Origin: Eukaryota sp. GEM-RC1
Taxonomy: Eukaryota
NCBI GenBank assembly: GCA_040285855.1
Contig: JAUFOQ010000013.1
Location: 248,001-312,000, forward strand
Length of the DNA stretch: 64,000 bases
Reading direction: 5' to 3'
Shown: positions 23,309 to 35,465 of the stretch, piece by piece
Numbering within the stretch: position 1 is the stretch's first letter
Layout of the letters: each line of letters opens with the position of its first letter
Made by a program: the position numbers and the translations under genes
The notes under the pieces: model-generated
Told to the model about the DNA's origin: nothing
The model's input: only the letters and a program-made list of their open reading frames with translations
The model's database searches: none

Positions 23309-25637
23309 ACTTGAGTTGTTCTGCATTACATTTTAATTGTGATTGGCCGGGATGCTTCTCATAACGTTTAACACCGGTGGGTACTTGGCATAACACTAAC
23401 CAACGGCTGGGAGATCCCAATGAAATGAAATCACAAGACAATCCATCATTTTTAAATTAATGAGAGCTGTGATAAAGATAGATACTAACATGAAACTTAA
23501 TAGTAAACAGAAGAGATTCTTATCTTAAGAATCAATTTAAAAAATTTAAAATAAGCGAAGTTCTGAATGAGGAACAAATCCTTTCTCCATCGAATAGAAC
23601 TACACATTAAGCAGGTATATAAATAAAATTAAATACGACAGTACGATAAATGAAAACAGTAGCGGATTTTTAAAGAAAACATTGTAGTAAAATCATCAAA
23701 TTCAAGATACCTCAGAAATACTGAATCCAAAATCAATAAGACAGGAGACGGAAAGACGACGAGTAGTTACGGCAGTGTAAAGAGGAGAAGAGAGCATGGA
23801 GGAGGAGATGAAGCTGACGTTGAGAGAGACAAGGAGAGGAAGTGGAAGATTATCCATAGATAGAACCATTAAGACGTTACTACAGAACCAAAGAAAGACC
23901 GTCGTTCTAGACTAAAACGACGGTCAGATAACCACGATGCTTTCAAAACAGCATTCTCTCTAGAGAGAAGTGCTTTGTAATGGTGAGAGAGTCAAATTCT
24001 GATTTGTCAATGACGTCATCAACAAGTCTTGTTGGAGGACAGAGGCTTCCCCTTGAGACATGTGAGAAAGGATAATGATCTGATATAGATGGTTCGTTCC
24101 TTTTATAGTCGTTTTGACAAGTGACACGATTACGTGACATTCTTCATAATTTGTGGTTGTTGTCTCACATTTTTTTGTGATATCTTGACTTGCTGTCCCT
24201 AGCCTTATTGCAAGCACCGGTCTACAGAACACATTTCAAGTAGAAGGATCTTCTAATTGACATTGGGTGCTGCTGAAATAGAGCTTGTCGTTGAGATGAA
24301 GGATTGAAGCACGATATACACGGTCTACCACCATGTTAGAATGTATAATTGTCCAAAGGTAGCCGCTTTTCGTGGGACTGTTGTTGGAACAAGAATGTTC
24401 TTCGAGTGCTGTCTCATCATTTGTTTTTGGCGAGAGACAAAACATTAAGTTGGATGTCAATTGTTCCTTCTTTCTTTTTGGTTCATCTTCTCCATGTCTT
24501 CAAGATTCGATGTATCTTTCCGAAAATCTCAGTGGGTTTGCGGCAAAGTCTTCAAAAGTGTTGCCCCATATAAAGGATTTTCATATAAGTCTTTTGGAAT
24601 CATGACCAAGAAAACGAAATACCAGCTATTACATACTAAAAATACTTCAGACCAAATTTTCGTTCTGGAAGTAAGTGTAAGTACTGATCAAATACATATT
24701 TTCGAATATCGTTAGCGTAACCTTTTCAATTTACAAAGTTTTAGTTCATCCAAGTCGCGTCCAGTCGAATAGTCGACGACGTCTTAGTCATTGGAAACGA
24801 ATTATTAACAGTTAATGGTTTTCCCTCAATTGATCAAAAACACTGACTGGTTCTGTTGATATTAAAAGCATGAGAAAAAAATGTAGTGGTTTATCTTTCT
24901 GACTCTAGAAAACAATCTTTCAGTGACACTAGGAAATATACAGAACTATCAATTCATTTTTTTTTAGTTTGGGATAAAATAGTTTCAGTACCACTCGAAA
25001 CAGAGATCAAATATAACTCTGCACAAGGATTAACGTAGCAAAAAATAGTATTGTTTATCACGAATCAAGATGTGACACAATGAGAACACTTCTTTGAGAA
25101 TTGGTAACAGTTCAATCTCTGTTATGTTCAAGAAGTGGGACAATGTTGCTGCTAAAACCATACCTTTAAGAACTTTTGGTATGTAACGCCACGAACAGTA
25201 TTGTGTATAATTGATCTCAACTGAAGAAATTTTTTCGCAACTAATAATGTGTTTGAAATTAGTATTATCTTACAATTCAGATGGAAACAGACACATGCTC
25301 AGTTTCCAAGCTTCATTATTGAGATGAAAACAAAAATCCTAGGTTGATGAGTAATAAATTTTGCACAGTTTGTTCCACAAAGGAAGAAGAAAATCAGCAA
25401 AAAATGATTTTTTTACATTAATAACTGGTTCTATCATAATTATACCCGAAATATCTTTTCATTTTTGTTTAAACGTTGTCCATTTATAAATTCGTTATCA
25501 ACATTTATTTTAAAAATTAAAATCATCCAAATTTTGCTATCCCACATTAGTGATCAATCCCTGTTTTTGTCTAAAATTCGCTATTTCTTTAAATAAGAGA
25601 TATAGTTTCCATTATTACAGTCCTACCCAAACAAACA

Positions 25638-26716
25638 TTACCTCTTTTTATTGAACCATTCCAAACACCAGTCATCAGGAACCACTTCAATTCCTTCATA
25701 CTTATAAGGACCAATCTTCTGCTCCTTCAACATCACTCGACCATCAATATTTAAAATAGATATATAACTAGCTATTTTACCCTTGACTTCTTCCGACTTC
25801 AATACTGCGAAAGTATCAGGACGACGAGGTAATATAGTAAGTGATGAGAAACCACGTGTTGGAGTTTTGGGTCCAATTGCACGAACCTCAATCTCTTGAA
25901 ACTTCTCATCTGCAATAATAACCAAATTACTTCCCCTTCTCTCATCATCATCATCATTATACCTCTCCTTGGACACTCTCCTTGGTAAGAAGAACCACCT
26001 CCTATAGGTATTCGACCAAGCAACAGCTTCGTGAATGAGATATCCTGGAGCAACGGTCCCAGTAGCTTGACGAAGAGCCTGATATTGATCATGAAAGGGG
26101 AGGGAGGTGACTTTGCCTGCACTTGAGATTCTCTTAATGTACAAGGTATGATCATTTCGAACAGTGTCGTTCTTAGGGAAAGTCCATTCCTTACCAATAG
26201 ATCCTACATAAAGATATCCGTCCTTGACAGTCATCCACTCGCACTTAAATCCAGTCTGTTGGTCCCCATCTCCATTGTTGAGGACTATTCTACGGAGAGC
26301 TTTGTTGGGGAGGACTTCGTAGACGATGCCTGTACGATCATCACAAGAGTAGACCTTGTTGTTGAAGGAGATGAGTTCGGAGAGCTCCATGCCACGGTCT
26401 TTGTAGCCAGTGAAAGACTGGAATTGAGACGGCTTGTCTTCCCAGCGGATGCTCCATTCTTGAGATTCGTCAAGGAAAAGAACACCAAGTTGGGTGAATG
26501 AAGCATAGCTTTTGTCCTTCAGTCGCGACCTTTCATCTTCGTCTGACACTATGGCAACACAGTAGGAGGAAGGGGCTGTGGAACGAGGAGAAGAGAGGAG
26601 TGCACTACTTGGAGAATGGGAAGCATAAAGAACGATCAAAAAAGGAAGAAAACGATGCTAGTAACCATGAGAAGACGTCGAATAGGACGAGAAGTCCTCA
26701 CAGGATAGCGTCTCAT
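25638..26716 (-). CDS. CANT1: Calcium-activated nucleotidase / apyrase (CANT1-like), type II membrane anchor
   Basis: RGMELSEL, CDDRTGIVY, GFKCEW, LYVGSIGKEW, GYLIHEAV, FLPRR, RGFSS, KSEE, KYEGIE. The upstream MRRYPVRT...SIVFFL joins across a T-run indel near 26640. Confidence 0.9.
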
Positions 26717-27755
26717 TGGTGGCAAATGAAATTGTGACTCTAATATACATACTTAGCTCTCAGATCTCGTGTTTTCTGTACATCACAGTTAATTGAACTG
26801 ATCTAAAAAACATCCTTGCAATACGAACCACTGTTGCAAATGGTATTGTACATTGATACTATATGTGCAACAAAGTTCCCACTAGCATTTCAAATTGAAA
26901 AAGGAACACATACGTAAGGTAAACGACCAAGAGTCATCATCACATTGAGACTACACACTTATATGTTTTCACGCTAAAGACAGTTATCTGAGGATCCACC
27001 TCTTGAATTTGTCCAACAATTCGCAGTACCATGAGAATGGATTGAACTGTGGAAGTCTACATTGTAGATGATTTATAATTATTGTAGCGTTTTGAAAATG
27101 TAATTACACACTCTACTACTCGTTCTTAGTTGTTTTTAGTGAGTTCCCACCTAGACTGTGGACAAATAATTACATATTATGGTTGACATGATTCATTTGA
27201 TTACAGTTATTGCAGTTTTTATTGGTCAGTCTTTTAGTTGATACATTAATATCGATATACTTTGGGGATTTTGTTCTTGATTGGTTACATGATGCAATGA
27301 ACGTAGCTTATCTTCATTATTGAGACAATTGGTCCAAAAGTACGTCTACAACCAAGGCAGAAACGTTGACCGTGTTCTAGTTGGTTGTTTTGTATTTCTG
27401 CTTATATCACTAGACCTGTAGATACATTGAATCTATTTTGTCGAATGACCAATAGAATCGTAGGAATTCATTGATTCTGATATGGAAGTACAACAAGTAA
27501 ATAGAAGACCAATTGACCTGGCTACAATCTGGCTTTTACGAAACCTTTCTGATCTTACAATCGAGCGCTGATCCGGAGAAGGTCTATACTATTAGTGGTC
27601 CTCTGCTAATTGCAACCAATAAGGGACAGGTTTCGCCAATATTTTCCGAAAATCAAATTTTGCTAAGTGTCCCACCATGATTCCAGAAATCGAAGTCGTT
27701 ACAGCGTTTTAGGATATTTACTCAAAGTTATTTATGACAGAAAAATTAAATCGAA

Positions 27756-29699
27756 CTAACAATGAGAAGGTAAGCTGAATTTAGAGCCATCAGCAGAGAC
27801 AGTCGAATGACTAGCGAAAGTTGAACAAGCAGTCCACATGCATAATTCCAAATCAAAACCATCTGCTATACAATTGGTGACGTCCATCCCATGGATACTA
27901 TACGAATAGCGATTGCAAGCAACTCCGTCAATCACATCATCATCAACAAAGTCGTAATCTTGGGAAGGAAACTTTATCCCAATCAAAAATTGAGTAAGAA
28001 AAATATCTTCTTCAGCAGCACAGCTTGTTTCATCAATTGAGTAGACATTAGGATCCGAGAGATGCTTTTCTTGACCAGCATCCTCCCACCACATACGCTG
28101 TGAATCAAGGTTGAAACGGGCACTTTCGATAGTCTCACCGTCACTTCTCCTTAATGTAGCCGCAAAGTAAAGTACCTGATTAACATCATCCGGAGCACAT
28201 GCTGAGGGAAGTTCGAAGTTTGCATGACTTGAACTAACTTCTTGGTGATTCGACAACGTGCTGCACTGCATGTCAAAACAGTATTTTAGGATAAAGCCGT
28301 CTTTAGACAGACAAGTTCGAATCAAATCCCAAGTTTCGTATTCATAGTTAGTGCACTCAATTCCATTTACTGTTTCTGTGCCAAGAAACTCATGGTTATC
28401 GTCAATACTCATACCCAAAACTTTTCTTCCTGTTTCCCATTCATCTTCCTTCAAACAACTGCCACTATCAACCGCGTAATGATAGTTATAGTCATAAAAG
28501 TTCTTAATTCCTTCACGTTCATAACCATCAAGATTGAAATATGCATTCTCAATTGTAACTTCAGAAAAGAGGTCGTAAGAGTCAGCAGAGAATACATGTA
28601 CATGTTCAATAGGACCAGGAACATAACAGTAGTCTGGTGGAGTAAATGAAGCATGATCAGTAGAAGTTTCTTGATGTTCGCTGAATTGGACACACTCGCC
28701 GTTCAAGCATTGTTCCAGGACAAATCCATCATGGATGCACAGATCAATAGTGTAGAAAAGGACAGTTGTAAAGACTGTACATTGTTGACCGAGAACTTGT
28801 TTGGTTTCATGCGTGTCAGTTGTAAAAATAGTGATCTTCATAAACTGCAGACCGTTCGTAAACTCGATATCCACATCATCAACATCACATTCTTCACTAT
28901 CAAATGCAAATGAATTATTCTGTGTTGACAGAAAATGTCGACCTTCTTTTCAAATGCCATTCTAGTGTTCATAATATCTACATAACTATTAGATACTAAC
29001 TCTTCATCAACATGAAAACTAGCACTGAAGGTTGTCTTTTGCATTGTATGACAATGATGTTCTAACGTAAATCTATCATCATTAGAAGAAAGTTCTTCCT
29101 GATCAGTAAATATTTGACAATTTTCAGATAAATCTAGACCACCATCACATGTCATGGCAACGAAACCATCATACAGACATACGTCGAGATTTTTAGCAGG
29201 ATCAACATTGTAGAGGTTACACTTACTGCCTTGGTAATCAAGTTGACCAACTTTCTCATGATCACTGGGATTGACATGCATTTTGTTGACAGATTGTGAG
29301 CCTATCTCCTCAAGGAATGCTGGGTTTTCCGGGGCACACACATCGTTAAGCAGAAAAAGATTTGATCCATCGAAGAATAAACCCCAGTTCATGGTTGAAT
29401 CGTCATCAGAGATTTTAGCAGTGATCAACCAGACATTAGAGTCAAAGTTCGCCATTAAAGTAGTTGTAGAAGATCTATTTTCATCTTCTTCAATAGAGGT
29501 CATTTTGAAGGACATTTTCTGTTATTCCACGTTGACAAACTACTAAAATAACCACGATAAGCAAAACTGCAATCGCTAAAGCAATCGCTCCGGCTATCAT
29601 GAGTTTCGTCTTCTTCTGGGATTGATATTGAGGAGCAACAGGAGGAGGGAGGGGATGGTTCCCTATGTGCATTGGATTGGGGGTTACGGAAGTAGACAT
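27756..29699 (-). CDS. Type II membrane protein with four tandem Cys-containing ependymin (EPDR)-like domains (frameshifted)
   Basis: N-terminal Pro-rich tail plus TM (LMIAGAIALAIAVLLIVVILVV). Four ~150-aa units each have G-x-x-C-x-x-Y/F and end F-x-x-(P)-x-x-C (FTLEHHC, FTPPDYC, FELPSAC, FSLPSHC). Indels near 29520 and 28870-28950. Confidence 0.6.
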
Positions 29700-29748
29700 A
29701 GCGATACAATGAATGAACGTCACAGTCCAAAAGAGGTTGAGAAAATTA

Positions 29749-30349
29749 TAGTGTTGCACGAGACGTCTCTTGTCTCAAGAGACGTCCGCGTCTCCGTCTC
29801 CCGTCTCTACAACATTACGTCTCAGAGACGTCTCCACGTCTCCGTCTTCTAACATTGATACTAGCTTTAACAAACGTAATAATGTCATCATTATAAGTCA
29901 AAACAAATAGATTTATTCAGAAACTCATCAAAAACTGAATTAAAAACTAACAAATCGATGGATGAGCACCTTTGGATGAAATAAATTTAGAATTACATTT
30001 CAAGACCTTCAAGAAGAGGGTCAAATACCATTTGTTCACCACCACTTCCGTTTTCACTAACGGCTAGGTCAATGTCTTGTTCTTCAATAACAACAATGTC
30101 TTCTGCTTCTTCCATTTCTTCCACTATATCGTCGATAGCTTCTCTCATAAGACATTCTTGAAATAACTGTAACAAAATCTCTTAAGTTGATGCTTGGTTC
30201 AGTCATAAAAATGAAAGAAAAGAGGAGAGAGACGTTGTGTGAAAAGTAAAAAGATGTAAACACCAAAAACGCGTCTCGGAAACGTCTCAGGAGACGCACG
30301 TCTCCGAGACGCGTCTCGGCCAGTAAATTACACGTCTCGTGCAACACTA
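29749..30349. mobile_element. Non-autonomous hAT element (601 bp)
   Basis: Perfect 18-bp TIR TAGTGTTGCACGAGACGT; 8-bp TSD GAAAATTA (29741-29748, 30350-30357); many subterminal GAGACG/CGTCTC repeats. Confidence 0.92.
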
Positions 30350-30767
30350 GAAAATTATTGAAGTAGGAGGAAAGTTGCCGAAATTTGTTGTAATGACGTG
30401 GCATTCCAATGTTTGTCATTTACCTAATCTAACAAGGGTTCCATGTTGTCAACTCAACGATCTTCCAACAATTCTTCCCTAACACTTAGACATCTTCCTA
30501 TTTATGCGTCCACAGAGATTCATCGAGGACATGGTTGCTGTAGAAAATGCCTACTAGGAACGTCATACAAAGAGCAAAACTCCAGGTTTTTTGAATGGAA
30601 AGAACTTCTTCGAAGAAGAATGCAGAAAGTACTTATTGTAGTTCCATTAAATTACCAATTACTGCTGAATCAGGATACTATAATCTAGACCTTAAATGCT
30701 GCATTTTGGAGTTACAGTCTTCTTTTAATCTGTTCTCAAATGTTTACTTTTTGAAAGTTGTCATGGT

Positions 30768-31135
30768 TGCCAAAGAAGAAATTACAACAGAAAAAACCTG
30801 TAAAAAAGCAACTAAATGGTAGATATGAGCTTAACTTGAGTAAGTCAAAACCTAGATTGAGGAAGGTTTTGGAAGAAATTAGGAATTGGTCTGTTAGTAA
30901 GGTTGATCTGGGTAACTTTAATCTTGGAATATTATCGATGACCTATTGTTACTAAAGGTGTCATTGCATTGACTGAAGCTTTGAATTTCAATTTCAATGT
31001 TACTTCGATATATCGTATACTAAACTCTAATGGTACAGTCACACCTCTATAATTTCTCATCTTTGAGAACAAGAAATTATAGAGGGTGAGAAGTTATGGA
31101 GAGAGAAATTATAGAGGTTTGACTGTACCGAGAAA
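30768..31135 (+). pseudogene. Degenerate paralogue of the kinase-LRR linker and first LRR
   Basis: PKKKLQQKKPVKK..YELNLSKSKPRLRKVLEEIRN..VSKVDLGN closely matches 18990-19140, followed by one broken LRR interrupted by a MITE. Confidence 0.8.
31036..31125. mobile_element. 90-bp pogo/Tc1-like mini-MITE inserted in the LRR pseudogene
   Basis: TA|CAGTCACACCTCTATAATTTCTC ... GAGAAATTATAGAGGTTTGACTG|TA (22/23 match). Confidence 0.85.
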
Positions 31136-31171
31136 CAACTCCTCAAAGGAATCTCAAAATAATGATTCCAT

Positions 31172-31804
31172 TATCGTAGGTGTCCCAATACAAACAACTT
31201 TATATCTTATACAAGCAAACACATTTTCTTGCTTGTATTGGGACCTTGCTTGTATTGGGACCCTAATATACGGTGAAGCGAAGACACCTTTGGTTTCGAT
31301 ATATTACTGGATCACATACTCTATTTCGTAATGCTACTTGTACACTGTATTATAAACAGAACAAAAATTTATAACAATAAATTAATATGACACAAGCTTC
31401 AATAACAGTAATTTAATTTGTTCTACAAGTACACAATATTTGTCTGTATAGGAGCAAAGTTCTATTGACAGGGATTCTATTGCCTATTGTTTCCAATTGG
31501 ATTTTGATACACCCTTTTGTGCTTCTGATTTTACAAATGTCAATCAATTAAATAACTCCATCGAGTTCTTCGGGCGAAAATCCGCAATAACATGTAAGCA
31601 CCCAAGTGGACACTATGAAGTTCGTTCACAGCTCCATACGTTGTAATTCATTTTAATAACTTTGTATTGAAGTATAACTCGCTCAAAATCCAGAATACAA
31701 TAGAATAATACAAGCAAACACTTTTACTTGCTTGTATTGGGACCTTGCTTGTATTGGAACCTTGCTTGTATTGGAACCTTGCTTGTATTGGGACACCTAC
31801 GATA
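31172..31804. mobile_element. TA-flanked MITE
   Basis: Perfect 22-bp inverted ends TATCGTAGGTGTCCCAATACAA including TA; tandem CTTGCTTGTATTGG(G/A)AC subterminal repeats. Confidence 0.85.
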
Positions 31805-32200
31805 GTCAAGTCTCTAAGTCTAATGATGACGTTTCTTTCTTCTATCATTTTCTTTAAAATGATATAAAAAGTAACAGTGTAAAGTACAGTAGTTATCAAC
31901 TCACTGCCAATCTAGGAAGGTATCACTTCTGAGATGCTCAAAAACCCATTGGATTTGACGAGTTGGTTTTCTTGTACAGATTGATGTGAGTCGAAAGTTA
32001 GATTATAAAAACGTTATATCATCACCCTTTTCACAGTGACTTAAAGAGCGAAAATATTGAACATATCACATCATCACCCAATTTAACAAGAATTGATAGC
32101 ACACCAAGCGACGATCGCACATAAAAGTTTGCGATTTTAATGTTGTAAACAAAAACAAAGCAAATTGACTAATGATTTTGTAGAGAAATTTATTATATAA

Positions 32201-32216
32201 AGTGTTGAAAAACACC
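32201..32216 (-). promoter_or_regulatory. Histone 3'-UTR stem-loop (H2A copy 2)
   Basis: Minus-strand GGTGTT-TTTC-AACACT, 13 nt after the stop. Confidence 0.85.
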
Positions 32217-32229
32217 AAAGGTCAACAAC

Positions 32230-32610
32230 TTAAATCTCTTGAGAACCAGACTCAGCGGTATCGCGAGATCTGGAACCTTTAGGTAACAAATCAGAGTGAA
32301 TATGAGGCAAAACACCACCAGAAGGAATCATAATGTGAGACAAGAGTTTGCTGAGTTCTTCATCATTACGGATAGCCAAGAGAATATGACGAGGAACAAT
32401 ACGAGACTTCTTGTTGTCTCTTGCAGCGTTACCAGACAATTCCAAAACTTCAGCAGTTAGATACTCAAGGACGGCAGCCATGTAAACAGGAGCTCCAGCA
32501 CCAACACGTTCGGAATATTTGCCTTCACGTAGATATCTACGGATACGACCAACGGGGAATTGGAGTCCAGCTTTGTAGGAGAGAGTACGAGCACCAGTTT
32601 CTTCAGACAT
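32230..32610 (-). CDS. H2A: Histone H2A (SQEI tail), copy 2
   Basis: Same protein as copy 1 except MSEET versus MSEDT. Confidence 0.97.
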   Translation of the reverse strand: MSEETGARTLSYKAGLQFPVGRIRRYLREGKYSERVGAGAPVYMAAVLEYLTAEVLELSGNAARDNKKSRIVPRHILLAIRNDEELSKLLSHIMIPSGGVLPHIHSDLLPKGSRSRDTAESGSQEI

Positions 32611-32755
32611 TGCGAGAGGATTATGATGGAAATGAATTCTCGTAAGAAAAGAACACGACAATCCAGGTGAGGCCGAGATTCTCGTGGTGTGGCGGCTCAC
32701 TGGAATTCAAACTGTTCTTGTTCAACAAATTCTCAAAATCAATATTGAACTTACA

Positions 32756-33185
32756 ATGCCCGGAAAGAAATCTGTAAAGTCTACCAAATCCACCAAGTCC
32801 ATCAAAGGTGTACCAGCCAAAGCTCCTTCAAAGGCTCCCGCTAAAGCTGTTACCGAAGGTGGTGCTCCCGTTGTTGTTAAGCGTAAGAAGGCCCGTAAGG
32901 AGACCTGGGCTACCTATATCTACCGTGTTTTGCGTCAAGTTCATCCCGATACTGGTATTTCAACAAAAGCCATGGGTATCATGAACTCTTTTGTCAATGA
33001 CATCTTTGAACGTATTGCTACTGAAGCTTCTCGTCTTGCCCGTATTAACAAGAGAAACACTTTGTCTTCTCGCGAGATTCAAACTGCTGTCAGACTTCTT
33101 CTACCTGGTGAACTTTCCAAGCATGCTGTTTCTGGAAGGAACCAAGGCTGTTACCAAGTTTAGTTCCTCTGGAGAAGCCGAATAA
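32756..33185 (+). CDS. H2B: Histone H2B, copy 2 (extra G near 33134)
   Basis: TCTGGAAGGA versus TCTGAAGGA in copy 1; removing one G restores [16 protein letters not shown]. Confidence 0.93.
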
Positions 33186-33200
33186 GTTCTTTCCATTATC

Positions 33201-33216
33201 GGTGTTTATCAACACT
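33201..33216 (+). promoter_or_regulatory. Histone 3'-UTR stem-loop (H2B copy 2)
   Basis: GGTGTT-TATC-AACACT, 15 nt after the stop. Confidence 0.85.
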
Positions 33217-33519
33217 TTTATAAACTAATTTCTTCTATATATTCTTCCTCATGTTTTCTGTTTAACACATAACAACATGTGATTCAATATCATCAAAATA
33301 ACTCGCACATCGATCGGTAATGTTTCTGAACATCTTTACTGTTACAACGTACATCTGTTGCACAACTACCACTGATACAACCTAAACCATGCGAAAAACC
33401 ACACTTCAATGAAGATGAAACCAACACGACAATAAGCACTACAAAAATTCTCTGCACGAGAATTCCAGAATGCCTTAAAATGTTCGAAAACCCTACAATT
33501 ACCATGACTTCATCTTATT

Positions 33520-33926
33520 ATGGCACGTACTAAGCAAACTTCTCGTAAAACCACTTCTGCCAAGACCCCCAGAAAGCATTTGGCTCATAAAGCTGCCCGT
33601 AAAGCAGCACCTGCTACTGGTGGAATCAAGAAGCCCCATCGTTATCGTCCTGGAACTGTTGCTCTTCGTGAAATCAGAAAGTACCAAAAATCTACTGAAT
33701 TGCTGATCCGCAAACTGCCTTTCCAACGTTTGGTTCGTGAAATCGCTCAAGAATTCAAGGGAGAACTCCGTTTCCAAGCCACTGGTATTTCAGCTCTGCA
33801 AGAAGCAGCTGAAGCTTATCTAGTTGGTCTTTTGAAGACACTAACTTGTGTGCAATTCATGCTAAAAGAGTTACCATTATGCCCAAGGATATGGCTTTAG
33901 CTAAGAGAATTCGTTCGGATTTCTAA
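33520..33926 (+). CDS. H3: Histone H3, copy 2 (one T short at 33830-33833)
   Basis: Same protein and same indel as copy 1. Confidence 0.95.
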
Positions 33927-33939
33927 GTATTTAATCAAT

Positions 33940-33955
33940 GGTGTTTATCAACACT
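33940..33955 (+). promoter_or_regulatory. Histone 3'-UTR stem-loop (H3 copy 2)
   Basis: GGTGTT-TATC-AACACT, 13 nt after the restored stop. Confidence 0.85.
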
Positions 33956-34267
33956 GTTTCTATTTTATAAAAAACCTGTTTCTTTCTTTCTGTTTTCTTA
34001 CATAAAATCGACTGTATTGTCCATTGTGGTCAATACTCGAACTGGTTTATTCCAACGTTGTCCCATAAACTCCGAAGTGTTCCTCTTGCATTCGTATCAC
34101 ATCAGATCATAAAGTGTTTCATAGTACACAACAATTCGCTTAGTAAACCACAAACGTGTTGGTCAAAGAACAAAGACTCCAACACGAGAAATTCTTTCAA
34201 GCACAACAATTTGACGATCTCAATTCAACTTCCAAAATGTTGAAGCTCCTCCATATTATCAACTCTA

Positions 34268-34579
34268 ATGGCTGGTCGTGGTAAAGGTGGTAAAGGTCTT
34301 GGTAAAGGTGGAGCTAAACGTCATCGCAAAGTTCTTCGTGAAAACATTCAGGGTATCACAAAGCCCGCTATCCGTCGTCTCGCTCGCCGTGGTGGTGTCA
34401 AGCGCATCTCTGCTCTTATCTATGATGAAACTCGTACCGTTCTCCGTACTTTCTTGGAAAACGTCATCCGTGATTCAGTTACTTATTGTGAGCATGCTAG
34501 AAGGAAGACTGTCACTGCTATGGATGTTGTCTATGCTTTGAAACGTCATGGACGTGTTTTGTACGGTTTTGGTGTTTAG
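34268..34579 (+). CDS. H4: Histone H4, copy 2
   Basis: Identical H4 protein. Confidence 0.98.
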   Translation: MAGRGKGGKGLGKGGAKRHRKVLRENIQGITKPAIRRLARRGGVKRISALIYDETRTVLRTFLENVIRDSVTYCEHARRKTVTAMDVVYALKRHGRVLYGFGV

Positions 34580-34600
34580 GTTGTTTCTCTTCAATTGGAT

Positions 34601-34616
34601 GGTGTTTTTCAACACT
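34601..34616 (+). promoter_or_regulatory. Histone 3'-UTR stem-loop (H4 copy 2)
   Basis: GGTGTT-TTTC-AACACT, 21 nt after the stop. Confidence 0.85.
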
Positions 34617-35465
34617 GATAAATCTGTTTCTTCAATCATTTTGCTCTTGCTTATACAAAGAAAGTCACTGTTCAGGCAATGTCAAATCACACAGTAATAG
34701 CTATCATATTATGAGCAAAATCGCTTTCGATAGTGTTGTTTATTTGGGTGAGTAGTTGTCTGACATTGTTTTTAATTGGTTTTTGTAAAGAATCTTTTCT
34801 GGAGATGTAATAAGAAATTTATAACGGATTTATGTGCGGAGAAAAACACACAACAAGAAAACAACAAATACATTGTACATGTATTGAAACTATTGATATC
34901 CCTAAGTGTGTTTTATGAAGACAAAGCTTCAACAAGGTTCGATTCGAAGAAATCTTGTTTTGACGACATTGAGTATTAGTTTTTTTATTTTAAAAGTATT
35001 CTTAGTAAAAAAAGTATTGAAACTTATCCACATAATGAACGGCTAATAAAATAGATAATACAGAACAACCGTCATGCTAGATGAAAATGAAGGGGAACTT
35101 ATGCTGCTGGTCAACCTAAAGACTCATACACTTCTGCTGACTCAATGGCAGTGCGTTACAATTAGTTTCATCAGAGAATTCTTTTGTGAACTACTACATA
35201 CTATTACACCAGTTACAGTTGTAGGAGATTCTAGGTCACATCTTGATCACTTGGATAACTTCTTTATAATGAGAACTGATAGAAGTCCCTCCTTTGCTTT
35301 TCTTGAGTTCAACTTCTTAATATACCCAAGATGACATCTCCATCTTCTCCTTTCCTTCTTCTTCAAGATGTGTTGCTCACGATTGTTACTAATGATGCGA
35401 ACTTTTGTACTAACTTTCAATAGTCTCCTCACCAATAATAGTCTCTCAATATCTATCTCTCATCA

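Noticed and set aside
23340..23420. GC-richer segment after the RT relic resembling an HDV-like ribozyme or 5S rRNA fragment
   Set aside because: I could not build the P3/L3/P1.1 core, and the 5S similarity is limited to a few short words; an Infernal search would be needed.
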